A DNA stretch of 64,000 nucleotides from contig JAIORP010000029.1 of assembly GCA_021108075.1 (NCBI GenBank), positions 10,311 through 74,310 on the forward strand, in the 5' to 3' direction. Position 1 is the first letter of the stretch. Every line of letters begins with the position of its first letter. Of the stretch, positions 16,617 to 27,365 are shown one piece after another. Source of the DNA: Candidatus Omnitrophota bacterium (lineage in GTDB: Bacteria > Omnitrophota > Gorgyraeia > Zapsychrales > Zapsychraceae). A program made the translations under genes and the position numbers. Below the pieces are notes generated by a model. It worked only from the letters and a program-made list of their open reading frames with translations, was not told the origin of the DNA and did not search any database.

Positions 16617-18767
16617 ATGAATATCGGAAAAATGAGTATTCCCTATGGGGATCAAACATTAACGATTGAGACAGGAAAATTAGCCAAGCAGGCCAATGCG
16701 GCCGTTACAGTTTCGCTTGGGGGTACAGTTGTTCTCGTGACAGCTTGTATGGCTAAGAAACCGCGAGAAAATATAGATTTTTTCCCTTTAATGGTTGAAT
16801 ATCAAGAGAAAACGTATTCATCCGGGCGAATCCCCGGAGGGTTTTTTAAACGTGAAGGACGCCCAACTCAAAAAGAAATTTTAACATCCCGTCTGATCGA
16901 CCGTCCCATCCGCCCACTTTTTCCTGAGGGATGCTTTAACGACGTCCAGGTTGTCGCGACGGTCTTAAGTAGTGACGGTGAATATGACTCAGATATCCTT
17001 GCCATTATTGGCGCGTCATGCGCTTTGACGATTTCGAATATTCCTTTTGATGGTCCGATCGGAGCTGTTCGTTTGGGTCTGATCGGTGAGGAATTTGTTT
17101 TAAACCCTACTTTTGAGCAACGCGCTGAAAGTTCTATGGAGCTTATCGTCGTTGGTCACTCTGATGGGATTGTCATGATTGAAGGCGAGGCAGATCAGGT
17201 TCCGGAAGCCAAGGTCGCTGAGGCCCTGCAACAAAGTTTTGAACAACTACAATCGATTCGTGAAGCACAATCTAAATTCCGCCAGGAAGTGGGGCAAGAG
17301 AAATCGGACGTTGAGTTGTTTAATCCTCATCCGGATTTAAAAGGAAAAGTTGCTGAAATGTGCCAAGGCCGTTTGGCAGAAATATATCAGATTGCAGATA
17401 AAGGTCAACGGGAAGAAGGTTTATCTCTGTTGTTATCTGAAATCGTTTCAGATATGAGTGTTTTTGAAGCCTATACCGTGAAAGAGCGGGAAGTGAGCGC
17501 CGGTACGATTAAAAAGCTGTTTGACCAGATTGAATATGAAGAAGTCCGTCGTTTGATTTTTGAAGACGGCAAGCGGGCTGACGGGCGAGGTCTGGATGTT
17601 GTCCGTGATATATCTTGCGACGTCGAGGTCTTACCACGCACACACGGCTCAGCATTATTTACGCGGGGTCAAACACAAAGTTTAGCTGTCGTTACGTTAG
17701 GCACTAAGAAAGACGAGCAGCTTATAGAGGCGTTGGATGGGGTGACTTACAATAATTTTATGCTGCATTATAATTTCCCTTCTTTTAGTGTTGGTGAAAC
17801 CCGTCCGATGCGCGGACCAGGCCGTCGTGAAATAGGCCACGGCGCGTTAGCGGCCAAGGCTTTAAAGGCGATCCTCCCCGGGCGCGAAAAATTTCCTTAT
17901 ACGATTCGTATCGTTTCAGAAATTTTAGAATCCAATGGATCATCAAGTATGGCCAGCGTCTGTGCCGGTTGTTTGAGCTTGATGGACGCCGGGGTTCCCA
18001 TTTCAGCTCCTGTTGCCGGTATCTCTGTCGGAATTGTTACCAAAGAAGATGATTACCGTCTCCTTACAGATATTATGGGGCTAGAAGATCATTTCGGGGA
18101 TATGGACTTTAAAGTGGCGGGCACGCGTCAAGGCGTGACAGCCATCCAGCTAGATCTTAAAGTCAAAGGACTTTCTGTTGAGATCCTTATGAAAGGCATG
18201 GAGCAATCCAAGATTGCCCGAGATTTGATCCTCGATAAAATGCAAGCAACCATTGCTGTTCCAAAGGATGATATTTCTTTGTACGCTCCGCGTATTATCA
18301 CCACGCAAGTTCCAGTTGAGAAAATCGGTGAAGTGATAGGTCCGGGTGGCAAGGTCATCAAGAAAATTATTGAAGAGACCGGGGTGGAATCCATCGACAT
18401 TGAAGATGATGGCCGTGTCTTAATCGCGTCCTTAAATAAGGAATCTGCGATGAAGGCCCTGGCATACGTCAATGGGTTGGTGGAACTGCCGGTCGTTGGG
18501 AAGATTTACGATGCCGAGGTTGCCAAAGTTGCTAATTTCGGGGCATTCTGCGAATTTTTACCAGGAAGGCAGGGACTTGTACATGTTTCTGAATTTTCAT
18601 CCACCTTTATTAAAGATTTATCAAAGGTTGTGAAAGTGGGAGATAAATTTAAAGTCAAATTGGTTGAAATTGATGCCCAAAAACGGATGAACTTGAGCAA
18701 GAAACAAGCGGAAGCTAAGCCCGAAGGGGAGCAAGACACGCAAAAAGATCAAGAAGACGTTAAATAA
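16617..18767 (+). CDS. pnp: polyribonucleotide nucleotidyltransferase (PNPase)
   Basis: Two RNase PH domains, then KH and S1 domains (GPGGKVIKKIIEETG; VGKIYDAEVAKVANFGAFCEF), in 716 aa. Confidence 0.95.
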   Translation: MNIGKMSIPYGDQTLTIETGKLAKQANAAVTVSLGGTVVLVTACMAKKPRENIDFFPLMVEYQEKTYSSGRIPGGFFKREGRPTQKEILTSRLIDRPIRPLFPEGCFNDVQVVATVLSSDGEYDSDILAIIGASCALTISNIPFDGPIGAVRLGLIGEEFVLNPTFEQRAESSMELIVVGHSDGIVMIEGEADQVPEAKVAEALQQSFEQLQSIREAQSKFRQEVGQEKSDVELFNPHPDLKGKVAEMCQGRLAEIYQIADKGQREEGLSLLLSEIVSDMSVFEAYTVKEREVSAGTIKKLFDQIEYEEVRRLIFEDGKRADGRGLDVVRDISCDVEVLPRTHGSALFTRGQTQSLAVVTLGTKKDEQLIEALDGVTYNNFMLHYNFPSFSVGETRPMRGPGRREIGHGALAAKALKAILPGREKFPYTIRIVSEILESNGSSSMASVCAGCLSLMDAGVPISAPVAGISVGIVTKEDDYRLLTDIMGLEDHFGDMDFKVAGTRQGVTAIQLDLKVKGLSVEILMKGMEQSKIARDLILDKMQATIAVPKDDISLYAPRIITTQVPVEKIGEVIGPGGKVIKKIIEETGVESIDIEDDGRVLIASLNKESAMKALAYVNGLVELPVVGKIYDAEVAKVANFGAFCEFLPGRQGLVHVSEFSSTFIKDLSKVVKVGDKFKVKLVEIDAQKRMNLSKKQAEAKPEGEQDTQKDQEDVK

Positions 18768-18783
18768 TACCAATTTTATAAAA

Positions 18784-18874
18784 TAATTACCAAAACCGAT
18801 TTTGTTTTTTTCGACTCTTTAGTCGAGAATATCAGAATTGAAATAGAACAATTCATTAATGGATTTGGTATAAG
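18784..18874 (+). repeat. Copy B of the conserved intergenic element
   Basis: ttaccaaaaccgattttgtttttttcgactctttagtcgagaatatcagaattgaaatagaacaattcattaatggatttggtataag. Confidence 0.6.
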
Positions 18875-19015
18875 ATATAATTTTTTTTGCGGTTCTTTGG
18901 CTCGACGTAAATTTTCTTTTCCAGCCGGATTTTCATCGAGTTGTGTTACAATAAGTAGCCATTAACAACAAACATCGACTATAAACAAATAGAGAACCTC
19001 TATATAGATTATTAT

Positions 19016-21304
19016 ATGAAGGAAGAGCATGTTAGTGAAATAAAGGCCATCGTTATCTTAGCGCTTGGCCTGATTTTGTTTGCTAGTCTGATTTCATTTG
19101 TACCTGAAGACCTGTCATGGTACACCTCATCGCCAAACGTCCCTGCCAGAAATCTAATACGTATTACCGGTGCTTACATTGCCGGGGTGACGTTATTTGT
19201 CTTTGGATACAGTTCCCATTTTCTTGTCATTTTTCTGTTGTTTTGGAGCTGGAACAAATTTGCCCTTCGTGAGATCGAATTTTCCATTTCAAAATTAATC
19301 AGTTCACTTGTTTTATTTGCCGTGGTCAGTTCATTTTTTAGCATAACGGGATCGCAGGATATTGTCGCGCGTTTTGGCCGATCCGGAATTGTAGGTCTAT
19401 TGTTTTCTGATTTTCTTTTGACGTATTTAGGCCGTATGGGCACGTATATCGTTTTGATAACGTTAGGAGTATTATCGCTGATTCTAACTGGTGAATTCCT
19501 TGTGGCACCGTTGTTTTTAGGTTTAGTTGAACGGGCGTCTGAATGGTTGGAATATTACAGAGAACAGCACGCTGAAGCGGAAAAGGAAATAAGAAAGAAG
19601 GCCAAATTAAAGCCGGTTCCAAAACCGCGCATCAATATCGCTGGCGCGCAGAAGAAAAAGAAAGGGAAAGCGACCGTCGAGCCCGAGGAAGAGGATGAGG
19701 AGGAAGAATACGAGTATGTTTATGAAGAGGAGGAAGACCCCGTTGTAGGACGCGGGAAAAAACCACAGATTAAAATTGCCCCGACCGGTGCAAAGAAGGA
19801 AAAACCGAAACAAGAGGACCAGATTGTCGGTGAATACACAATGCCTTCTTTGGATTTATTAGAAGATCCCCCGGAAATTCCGACAAGTAAAATTGAAAGT
19901 GGTCTGATGACGGGCGCTAAGATGTTAGAAGAAACTTTAGCCCAATTCGGTGTTATTGCTAAAGTCAAAGACATTGAACGTGGACCGGCCATCACCCGTT
20001 ATGAACTTGAGCCGGCTCCGGGGATGAAAGTGCAGCGATTTGTAACATTATCTGATGATATTGCTTTAGCCATGAAAGCTTCGGTTGTCCGGGTTGTGGC
20101 GCCGATTCCAGGTAAGAAAAGAGTGGGTGTTGAGGTCCCGAACGCAACCTCGGCGACAGTTTTCTTGAAAGATGTTTTATCGACGGAGGAATTTCAGAAT
20201 AAGTCCTCTAAACTGACACTGTCTTTAGGCAAGGATATTTCCGGTATGCCAATGGTTGCTGACTTAGCCGTTATGCCGCATATGTTAATTGCCGGAACGA
20301 CGGGTGCGGGTAAGACGGTCTGTGTGAATGGTATTATTATGTCCATGCTTTTGAATGCAGGCCCGGATGAAGTAAAATTTGTCATGATAGACCCAAAGAT
20401 GGTAGAATTAGCACAATATAATGATATCCCGCACTTGCTTTGCCCGACTGTGACAGATCCCAAAAAGGCTGCGGCTGTTCTGCATTGGGTTGTCGGGGAG
20501 ATGGAATCGCGCTACAGAAAGCTCTCCAAAGAGGGAGTCCGCAATATCAAGGGGTATAATCAAAAAGGGCATTACATGCCTTACATTGTTGTGATCGTTG
20601 ATGAGTTGGCGGATTTGATGCAGGTGTCGGCCAAAGCGGTGGAGAGTTCAATTACGCGTTTAGCACAATTGTCACGCGCTGTTGGTATTCATTTGATTCT
20701 AGCGACACAACGGCCGTCTGTTGATGTTATTACCGGGGTCATAAAAGCGAATTTCCCCGCAAGGGTGTCATTCAAAGTCGCGTCTAAGGTTGATTCCCGT
20801 ACGGTGCTGGACATGAACGGAGCTGAAGCGTTGCTGGGTAAAGGGGATATGTTGTTCATTCAACCGGGTGATGCCAAGCCGACACGCGGTCAATGTAGTT
20901 TTGTCAGAGATGATGAGATTGCCCGGGTGATTTCATTTATCAAAGATCAGCAAGGACCGGTTTATAACGAAGGCATTTTAAAACAACAAAAAACAGGTGT
21001 CATGTCAGGTAGCGGTAAGAAGGATGAGTATTACGATGAAGCTGTTCAGCTTGTTGTCGAAACAGGTCAGGCGTCTGTGTCTATCCTGCAGCGCCGTATG
21101 CGATTGGGTTACACCCGCGCAGCACGTTTAATTGATATGATGGAACAAGAGGGTATCGTTGGGCCATATTGTGGAAGCAAAGCGCGAGATATTCTTGTTG
21201 ATCGGGAACAATGGTTGCTTGAGAACATGAATGAGAATGAGGACGAAGGCGGTAAAGAATACGAGGAGGAGTATGAATATGAAGAAGAGGAAGAAGAGGT
21301 ATAG
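19016..21304 (+). CDS. ftsK: DNA translocase FtsK/SpoIIIE
   Basis: N-terminal TM helices; Walker A GTTGAGKT; FtsK alpha/beta motor; gamma-like C-terminus. Unusual poly-Glu/Tyr acidic tracts at the linker and the C-terminus. Confidence 0.9.
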   Translation: MKEEHVSEIKAIVILALGLILFASLISFVPEDLSWYTSSPNVPARNLIRITGAYIAGVTLFVFGYSSHFLVIFLLFWSWNKFALREIEFSISKLISSLVLFAVVSSFFSITGSQDIVARFGRSGIVGLLFSDFLLTYLGRMGTYIVLITLGVLSLILTGEFLVAPLFLGLVERASEWLEYYREQHAEAEKEIRKKAKLKPVPKPRINIAGAQKKKKGKATVEPEEEDEEEEYEYVYEEEEDPVVGRGKKPQIKIAPTGAKKEKPKQEDQIVGEYTMPSLDLLEDPPEIPTSKIESGLMTGAKMLEETLAQFGVIAKVKDIERGPAITRYELEPAPGMKVQRFVTLSDDIALAMKASVVRVVAPIPGKKRVGVEVPNATSATVFLKDVLSTEEFQNKSSKLTLSLGKDISGMPMVADLAVMPHMLIAGTTGAGKTVCVNGIIMSMLLNAGPDEVKFVMIDPKMVELAQYNDIPHLLCPTVTDPKKAAAVLHWVVGEMESRYRKLSKEGVRNIKGYNQKGHYMPYIVVIVDELADLMQVSAKAVESSITRLAQLSRAVGIHLILATQRPSVDVITGVIKANFPARVSFKVASKVDSRTVLDMNGAEALLGKGDMLFIQPGDAKPTRGQCSFVRDDEIARVISFIKDQQGPVYNEGILKQQKTGVMSGSGKKDEYYDEAVQLVVETGQASVSILQRRMRLGYTRAARLIDMMEQEGIVGPYCGSKARDILVDREQWLLENMNENEDEGGKEYEEEYEYEEEEEEV

Positions 21305-21391
21305 AAAGACATTTAGTTTTTTTGCAAAGGGATTTTATTTCAGTGATCATGCGAGATGATGGAGAATCGTTAGCTATTTGGCGTTGATTAA

Positions 21392-22426
21392 TTGATTATG
21401 AGTGAAAAAGATAACAAAAAGAAAAAAGAAATAAAAAGTCAGAAGAAAACGGAGAAAACCCATCCGTCTTTCAGCCCGGCTCCTGAAGAGGAATCTGTCA
21501 AAAAAAGGGAACAAAAGATCAGGCGGACAAAGAAAGCGCGTCCAACAGACCAGGGTGACCATGGTTACAACGGGCGTTTGCTGCAGCAAAAACGCATGGA
21601 CCGGGGGTTGTCTTTAGAAGCTGTTCATGAATCGACCAAGATTCCATTAGACGTTCTGAACGCCATTGAAGAAGGCTACAATATCCGCACGCTGGCTCCT
21701 TTTTATTTAAAGGCTTTTGTGAAGAAATACGCCGCTTACCTTGAAGTTGATGTGAAAGAAATTGTCACGGACTATCATAAGGAAAGTTTGCCAAAATATA
21801 TTCGTCAGGATGTTAATGCCGTTGTTGCACACCCCAAATTGATGAACATTCTATCCCACCGTCAAAAACAGCTTTTGATTCTTTTTCTAGCGGGGGTCGT
21901 CGCTTTGTTTCTATTTTTTAAATTTATTGGCTGGGTGGCGAATTTATCAATATTTAAACCCCGCCCAAACACAAAACAAACACAACAAAAGAAAAAGGAA
22001 AAGGTCAAGAAAACTGAGAAGAAAGAAAATATTTCAGATAAAAAAGATCCGGTTAAAGCCTCTGTCCAGAAAGCCCAACCTAATAAAAGTTCTCAAACAA
22101 CTGCAAGAGCTAATGCCGTGTCGACCGCGAAACCAACGCCTGTTTCAGTCATAAGCAATATTAAAAGAAATATTGTTCTAACCGTCAGGGCTAAAAAAAG
22201 CAGTTGGCTGCGAGTCGAAACGGACGGGAATGTTGTCTTTCAATCAACATTGAGACGTGGGTCGGTCGAGACATGGCTGGCCGATGATAAAATTATTATT
22301 TCCGGGAAAAATATCAATCAATTGGAATTTGAACTAAACGGAAAGATGATCGGCGCCTTAGGCCGGGAAGATAGCCGCGCGAAGAAAGTGATTATTACAA
22401 AAGATGGCTTGTCCGTCACGAAATGA
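21392..22426 (+). CDS. rodZ: RodZ-like cytoskeleton protein (HTH, TM helix, C-terminal DUF4115-like)
   Basis: XRE-type HTH GRLLQQKRMDRGLSLEAVHESTKIPLDVLNAIEEG, a single TM helix, and a K-rich linker. The true start is possibly the ATG at 21398. Confidence 0.55.
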   Translation: MIMSEKDNKKKKEIKSQKKTEKTHPSFSPAPEEESVKKREQKIRRTKKARPTDQGDHGYNGRLLQQKRMDRGLSLEAVHESTKIPLDVLNAIEEGYNIRTLAPFYLKAFVKKYAAYLEVDVKEIVTDYHKESLPKYIRQDVNAVVAHPKLMNILSHRQKQLLILFLAGVVALFLFFKFIGWVANLSIFKPRPNTKQTQQKKKEKVKKTEKKENISDKKDPVKASVQKAQPNKSSQTTARANAVSTAKPTPVSVISNIKRNIVLTVRAKKSSWLRVETDGNVVFQSTLRRGSVETWLADDKIIISGKNINQLEFELNGKMIGALGREDSRAKKVIITKDGLSVTK

Positions 22427-22504
22427 TGGAGATGACCGAACCCCAATTTTTCCTCCATTCTTAATATTTTCGTTGAAAAGATTTTTAGGGGAATATGCTG
22501 ACTC

Positions 22505-23758
22505 ATGAAATTTCATGTCATCAATTTAGGTTGTGTCCGTAATTTAGTCGACGCCCAGAATTTGATCACCTGTTTGAAAGAAAAGAAAAATAAATTGGTC
22601 GATCTTGAGCAGGCCCAAGCGGTGATTATCAATACGTGCGGATTTATCGAAGACGCGAAAAAAGAGTCTATTGACACCATTCTCGACGTTATTGACCTGA
22701 AGAAGCAGGGGAAAGTTGACAAAGTCATTATCGCTGGCTGTTTGGCTCAGCGTTATCATGAAGAACTGTCCGAGGAATTCCATTCTGAGATTGATGCTAT
22801 TATGGGCGTGCCAGAATTCGAGCAGTGGTCAACCGGGAAGACACATGCCTTAAGTCCCAAACATTACCGGTATGTTAAAATTTGTGAAGGGTGTTATCAC
22901 TGCTGCAGCTTTTGTGCGATCCCGCGGATTAAGGGTTCTCTGCGGTCCCGTCCGATGGATTCCATCCTTAATGAGATCCGTTCGTTAGATGGGCAGGGCG
23001 TTAAAGAAGTTATTTTGATTGGACAAGATATCACGGCTTATGGCTTAGATTTGTACAAGCAGAAAAGATTAGCTTTTCTGTTGCGTCAGATCATTAAGGA
23101 AATAAGAAATATCAGATGGGTGCGGCTGCTGTATACGTTCCCTTCGCATATTACGGATGATTTGCTTGATTTGATCGCCGAGGATAATCTTATTTGCCGC
23201 TATCTGGATGTCCCCCTGCAGCATATCAATTCGCATGTATTAAAACGGATGAATCGTCCGCTCACGAAACGTTCAACAGTGGCATTGATCAAAAAAATCC
23301 GGAAAAAAATACCTCGGGTTGCTGTGCGGACAAGTTTTATCGTCGGGTTTCCCGGAGAGACAGCCGCTATCTTTGAGGAGCTTGTTTCTTATGTTCAAGA
23401 CACGCGTTTCGATAAGGTGGGTGTCTTTACCTACTCAAAAGAAGAAAATACCCCGGCGTTTAAATACCGTTCCAACATAACCAAGCCGGTTATGACAAGG
23501 CGCTACAATAAGTTGATGCGTGTTCAGCAGAAGATATCTCGAGAGAAACTGCGGGAATTCGTCGGGAAAAAAGTTGATGTTATTATTGATGAAAAGGACA
23601 AAGAAGCGGAGAATATGTATGTTGGGCGCACAGAATATGATGCCCCGGAGGTTGATGGATTGGTCTATGTCCATTCCCGGAGGAAATTGCCGGCAGGAAA
23701 AATTGTGCCGGTCTTGATCACTGATACCCTGGAATACGATTTGATGGGAGAATATTGA
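22505..23758 (+). CDS. rimO: Radical-SAM methylthiotransferase, RimO/MiaB family
   Basis: MTTase N-domain cysteines; radical SAM CxxxCxxC (CYHCCSFCAIP); C-terminal TRAM-like domain. Confidence 0.8.
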   Translation: MKFHVINLGCVRNLVDAQNLITCLKEKKNKLVDLEQAQAVIINTCGFIEDAKKESIDTILDVIDLKKQGKVDKVIIAGCLAQRYHEELSEEFHSEIDAIMGVPEFEQWSTGKTHALSPKHYRYVKICEGCYHCCSFCAIPRIKGSLRSRPMDSILNEIRSLDGQGVKEVILIGQDITAYGLDLYKQKRLAFLLRQIIKEIRNIRWVRLLYTFPSHITDDLLDLIAEDNLICRYLDVPLQHINSHVLKRMNRPLTKRSTVALIKKIRKKIPRVAVRTSFIVGFPGETAAIFEELVSYVQDTRFDKVGVFTYSKEENTPAFKYRSNITKPVMTRRYNKLMRVQQKISREKLREFVGKKVDVIIDEKDKEAENMYVGRTEYDAPEVDGLVYVHSRRKLPAGKIVPVLITDTLEYDLMGEY

Positions 23759-24387
23759 GGATGTGGCAGAAACAAGTTCCTAATGTGTTGACGGTTTCGC
23801 GCATTATTTTTTCATTTCTATTTGTGGTTTTTTTTCTGCAGCAGGATGTTACCGCTAAGGTTATCGCGGCGGTCTTCTTTCTGTTCGCGTCGATTACGGA
23901 TTTCTTTGATGGTTATTACGCTAGAAAATATCAATTGATTTCGAACTTTGGAAAAATTATGGACCCGATAGCGGATAAATGCCTGATGCTGTCTGCTTTT
24001 TGGGTTTTTTGTTTGAATCAACTTGTGCAGCCATGGATGTTTGTTGTTATCTTTATCCGGGAGGTGAGCGTTACCCTTTTTCGTCTGGTCGCCATCAAAA
24101 AAGGCGTTTACCAGGCGGCGGAAAAGTCCGGAAAAGTAAAAACCGTGGCCCAGATCGTGGTCGTTTACGTGATGCTCTTTTTTGTCCTGTATCATGTTTT
24201 TAGTGGCCATTACCGTCCAGGTTGGCAGCCGGAAGGTCGAGGGTTACAGTTCATTCATCTGTTGATGTATGTCGCCGTTGGATTAACCGTTTATTCCGGC
24301 GGGGAGTATGTCTGGCTGAATATTATTAAGCCGATTCAATCGGGTGGATGGATAGAATCATTGTTTTGTGTTTCTAAAAAAAAGTAG
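23755..24387 (+). CDS. pgsA: CDP-diacylglycerol--glycerol-3-phosphate 3-phosphatidyltransferase
   Basis: CDP-alcohol phosphatidyltransferase motif DGYYARKYQLISNFGKIMDPIADK. Confidence 0.8.
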   Translation: MRMWQKQVPNVLTVSRIIFSFLFVVFFLQQDVTAKVIAAVFFLFASITDFFDGYYARKYQLISNFGKIMDPIADKCLMLSAFWVFCLNQLVQPWMFVVIFIREVSVTLFRLVAIKKGVYQAAEKSGKVKTVAQIVVVYVMLFFVLYHVFSGHYRPGWQPEGRGLQFIHLLMYVAVGLTVYSGGEYVWLNIIKPIQSGGWIESLFCVSKKK

Positions 24388-24489
24388 TCCCTCTGGACTG
24401 TTACTTTCGTTTGGGAGATAATTTGTTGTTCGCGATACTAGTAAAATTATTTCTTCATAATTTGAAAGATTTATATATAATATTATTCT

Positions 24490-24945
24490 ATGCAAGATAA
24501 ACAGATAAGATTATTTTCAACATTTTTTTATATTGGTTTTTTTCCTTACGGCCCCGGAACAATGGCTAGCCTGGCTGGGGCCATCCTTGCCTTGCTTCTG
24601 GTCAAACTGCCCTTGCTGTATATTATACTGACTTTAGTTATCACGCGTTTGGGATTTGTGGTGAGTGGGGAAATGGAAAAAATAATGGACCAGAAAGACC
24701 CGGGTTGTGTTGTTATTGATGAAGTTGCCGGCATTCTGGTCGCTTTCTTTTTGTTGCCGATGACGCCTGCCGTTTTTTTCACAGCATTTTTTTTATTCAG
24801 AGCATTCGATATGTTTAAGATTTATCCGGAGAATGTCCTGGAAGATAAAGGTGGTTCAACCGGGATTATGATGGATGATATTATGGCAGGGGTGTATACC
24901 AATATTACGATGCAGGTCGCAATCCGTTTAGCGCATATTGTTTAG
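24490..24945 (+). CDS. pgpA: phosphatidylglycerophosphatase A
   Basis: PgpA-like GFFPYGPGTMASLAG and DQKDPGCVVIDEVAG motifs. Confidence 0.8.
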   Translation: MQDKQIRLFSTFFYIGFFPYGPGTMASLAGAILALLLVKLPLLYIILTLVITRLGFVVSGEMEKIMDQKDPGCVVIDEVAGILVAFFLLPMTPAVFFTAFFLFRAFDMFKIYPENVLEDKGGSTGIMMDDIMAGVYTNITMQVAIRLAHIV

Positions 24946-25100
24946 ATAAATTTATGTTTCTTTAGGGAAGCGCACATGGTCTGCCCAAATATATGGAATG
25001 GTATTGCTCGTTCGGCTTAATGGTAACTCTTGTGTGGTTATATATCGAGATGTTGAAGTTATGGGCCAGACTTAGAGACAGACGTTAATATGGAGGAAAC

Positions 25101-26531
25101 GTGAACACAGAAGATCAATTATACATTGAAAGTAAAAAAGAATATTTTGATTCTGTCGCAGAAAAAAGAGGATATTGGCGCAAGAAAAATCACTATTACC
25201 ATGATGAGTTAATGCGGTATTTACGGTTTTTAATCCCTGAGAACTCTTCTGTGTTAGAGATTGGTTGCTATGCCGGGGAGAAACTCGCCGCCCTTAACCC
25301 CAAAAAGGGTGTCGGCGTTTGTTTTAGCAAGAAGATGATTGATGTTGCTAAAGAAAAGCATCCCCATCTGGATTTTCATTTTTGTGATATTGACCATAAG
25401 TTGAATATTGAAGAGAAATTTGACTATATTATCGTCAGCAATACCGTTGGTTACGCCTATGACCTGCAAAGCACATTTCATGAACTAAAGAAGGTCTGCC
25501 ATCCCGGCACAAAAATTATTTTATTTTATCATAGTCATTTTTGGAAATATTTATTGAAGCTCGCAGAAGTTTTGCGTATGCGTATGGTCTGGCCGAATCA
25601 GCACTGGCTCACGAAAGAAGATTTGGTGAACTTGTTTTATTTAAATGATTTCAGCCTGATCCGTTCAAGTGAGCAGATGATCATTCCTTTTTATATCCCT
25701 TTGATTTCCGCGATATTCAATCGTTTTATCGCTCATCTGCCTGTTATCAGGGGATTCGCGTTAAATAATATTATGATTTTTCAACCCCTTGGTCAACGCA
25801 AAGATCCAAAGGAGGTAACCTGCTCGGTCATCATTCCTTGCCGGAACGAAAAGGGTAATATTGAACCCGCGATACAAAGAACGCCAATGTTAGGGGCGCA
25901 TACCGAATTTATTTTTGTTGAGGGGCACTCTCAGGATGGGACATTAGAAGAATGCCAGCGGGTGAAAGAGAAGTATCCCCAGCATGATATCAAGGTGTTT
26001 TCCCAAACGGGCAAAGGCAAAGGGAATGCCGTCCGGGAAGGCTTTGCGGCTGCTACCGGTGATGTCTTGATGATTCTCGACGCAGACTTAACCACTCCTC
26101 CTGAGGATATGCCGAAGTTTTTTGAAGCGATTGCAACAGGTAAGGGTGAGTTTATTAACGGGACAAGGTTGGTTTACCAAATGGAAAAGAATGCGATGCG
26201 TTTTTTGAATATGTTGGCGAATAAATTTTTCAGTGTCGCATTAACCTATTTACTCGGGCAGTATTTAAAAGACACATTATGTGGAACGAAAGTGCTGTGG
26301 CGTGAGGACTATTTTAAAATTGAGCAAGGGCGCAGTTACTTTGGGGACTTCGATCCTTTTGGCGATTTTGATTTGTTGTTTGGGGCCGCTAAATTGAATT
26401 TGAAAATTATTGAAATTCCGGTCCAATACAAAGCCCGCACTTATGGTGAGACGCAAATCAGCCGGTTCAAGCATGGCTGGTTGTTAATAAAAATGACAGT
26501 TTTCGCGATGAGGAAAATTAAGTTTATCTAA
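25101..26531 (+). CDS. Fusion protein: N-terminal class I SAM methyltransferase plus C-terminal GT2 glycosyltransferase (dolichyl-phosphate sugar transferase-like); GTG start
   Basis: Methyltransferase motif I VLEIGCYAGEKL. The GT2 half has CSVIIPCRNEKGNI and LDADLTTPPEDM (DxD-like). Confidence 0.65.
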   Translation: MNTEDQLYIESKKEYFDSVAEKRGYWRKKNHYYHDELMRYLRFLIPENSSVLEIGCYAGEKLAALNPKKGVGVCFSKKMIDVAKEKHPHLDFHFCDIDHKLNIEEKFDYIIVSNTVGYAYDLQSTFHELKKVCHPGTKIILFYHSHFWKYLLKLAEVLRMRMVWPNQHWLTKEDLVNLFYLNDFSLIRSSEQMIIPFYIPLISAIFNRFIAHLPVIRGFALNNIMIFQPLGQRKDPKEVTCSVIIPCRNEKGNIEPAIQRTPMLGAHTEFIFVEGHSQDGTLEECQRVKEKYPQHDIKVFSQTGKGKGNAVREGFAAATGDVLMILDADLTTPPEDMPKFFEAIATGKGEFINGTRLVYQMEKNAMRFLNMLANKFFSVALTYLLGQYLKDTLCGTKVLWREDYFKIEQGRSYFGDFDPFGDFDLLFGAAKLNLKIIEIPVQYKARTYGETQISRFKHGWLLIKMTVFAMRKIKFI

Positions 26532-26556
26532 CCGTTTAGAATTCTCGGGATACGCT

Positions 26557-27336
26557 ATGGGAAAACTTATGGATGCGTTAAGGTTGCCGGAATTAGAAGG
26601 TGTCGATGACCTGGATGATGCTTCGACGACGGAATTACATCGAGAAATTATTCTTAAGAAAGGTTTTTTAAAGAAGATTTATGTCGATCTTTATCAGCAA
26701 TATAATGATGTTATCCGGGAGTATGATGAGCATGGTTTGTTTGTTGAATTAGGCAGCGGTGGGGGGTTTGTTAAATCCAAATTGCCCGGAGTCATCACGT
26801 CTGATATTTTATCTTTATCCCATATTGATATCTGTTTTAACGCAGAGGCCATCCCCTTCAGGGACCATTCCGTTGACGCTTTTTTTATGATTGATGTCCT
26901 TCATCACATTAAGAATCCGGCTAAAATTATCCAGGAAATGAATCGTTGTTTAAAAAAAGGGGGTCGGGTGTTAATGACCGAGCCGGCCAATACAGCCTGG
27001 AGTCGATTTATTTATCAAAATTTTCACCATGAAAATTTTGACCCGACGAGCGGCTGGCTTATCGAGGGTACAGGCCCCATGTCTTCCGCAAATGGGGCAT
27101 TGCTTTGGATTATATTTTTTAGAGACGTTGAAAAGTTTAACAATGATTTTCCCTCGTTAAACATTACAAAGAAGATGAATCATACGCCGTTTAGATATTT
27201 GGTGAGTGGAGGGGTTTCGATGAAACAGTTGCTGCCAACATGGACGTATGGTTTCTTTAAAGGTTTTGAATGGATCTTAACACCGTTCAGTAATCTGCTG
27301 GGGATGTTTTGTACCGTTGAACTGAAAAAGAAATAA
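26557..27336 (+). CDS. SAM-dependent methyltransferase
   Basis: Motif I FVELGSGGG; the post-I HIKNP-type region fits a methyltransferase type 11/12 fold. Confidence 0.6.
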   Translation: MGKLMDALRLPELEGVDDLDDASTTELHREIILKKGFLKKIYVDLYQQYNDVIREYDEHGLFVELGSGGGFVKSKLPGVITSDILSLSHIDICFNAEAIPFRDHSVDAFFMIDVLHHIKNPAKIIQEMNRCLKKGGRVLMTEPANTAWSRFIYQNFHHENFDPTSGWLIEGTGPMSSANGALLWIIFFRDVEKFNNDFPSLNITKKMNHTPFRYLVSGGVSMKQLLPTWTYGFFKGFEWILTPFSNLLGMFCTVELKKK

Positions 27337-27365
27337 ATTTTTAAAGAAAGACTTTTTTATATTTT

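Noticed and set aside
18128-18739. Antisense ORFs (114 aa and 77 aa) inside pnp
   Set aside because: Fully embedded antisense to a highly conserved PNPase coding region, with no RBS and low-complexity S/T/P-rich products, as expected for the opposite strand of a GC-balanced gene.
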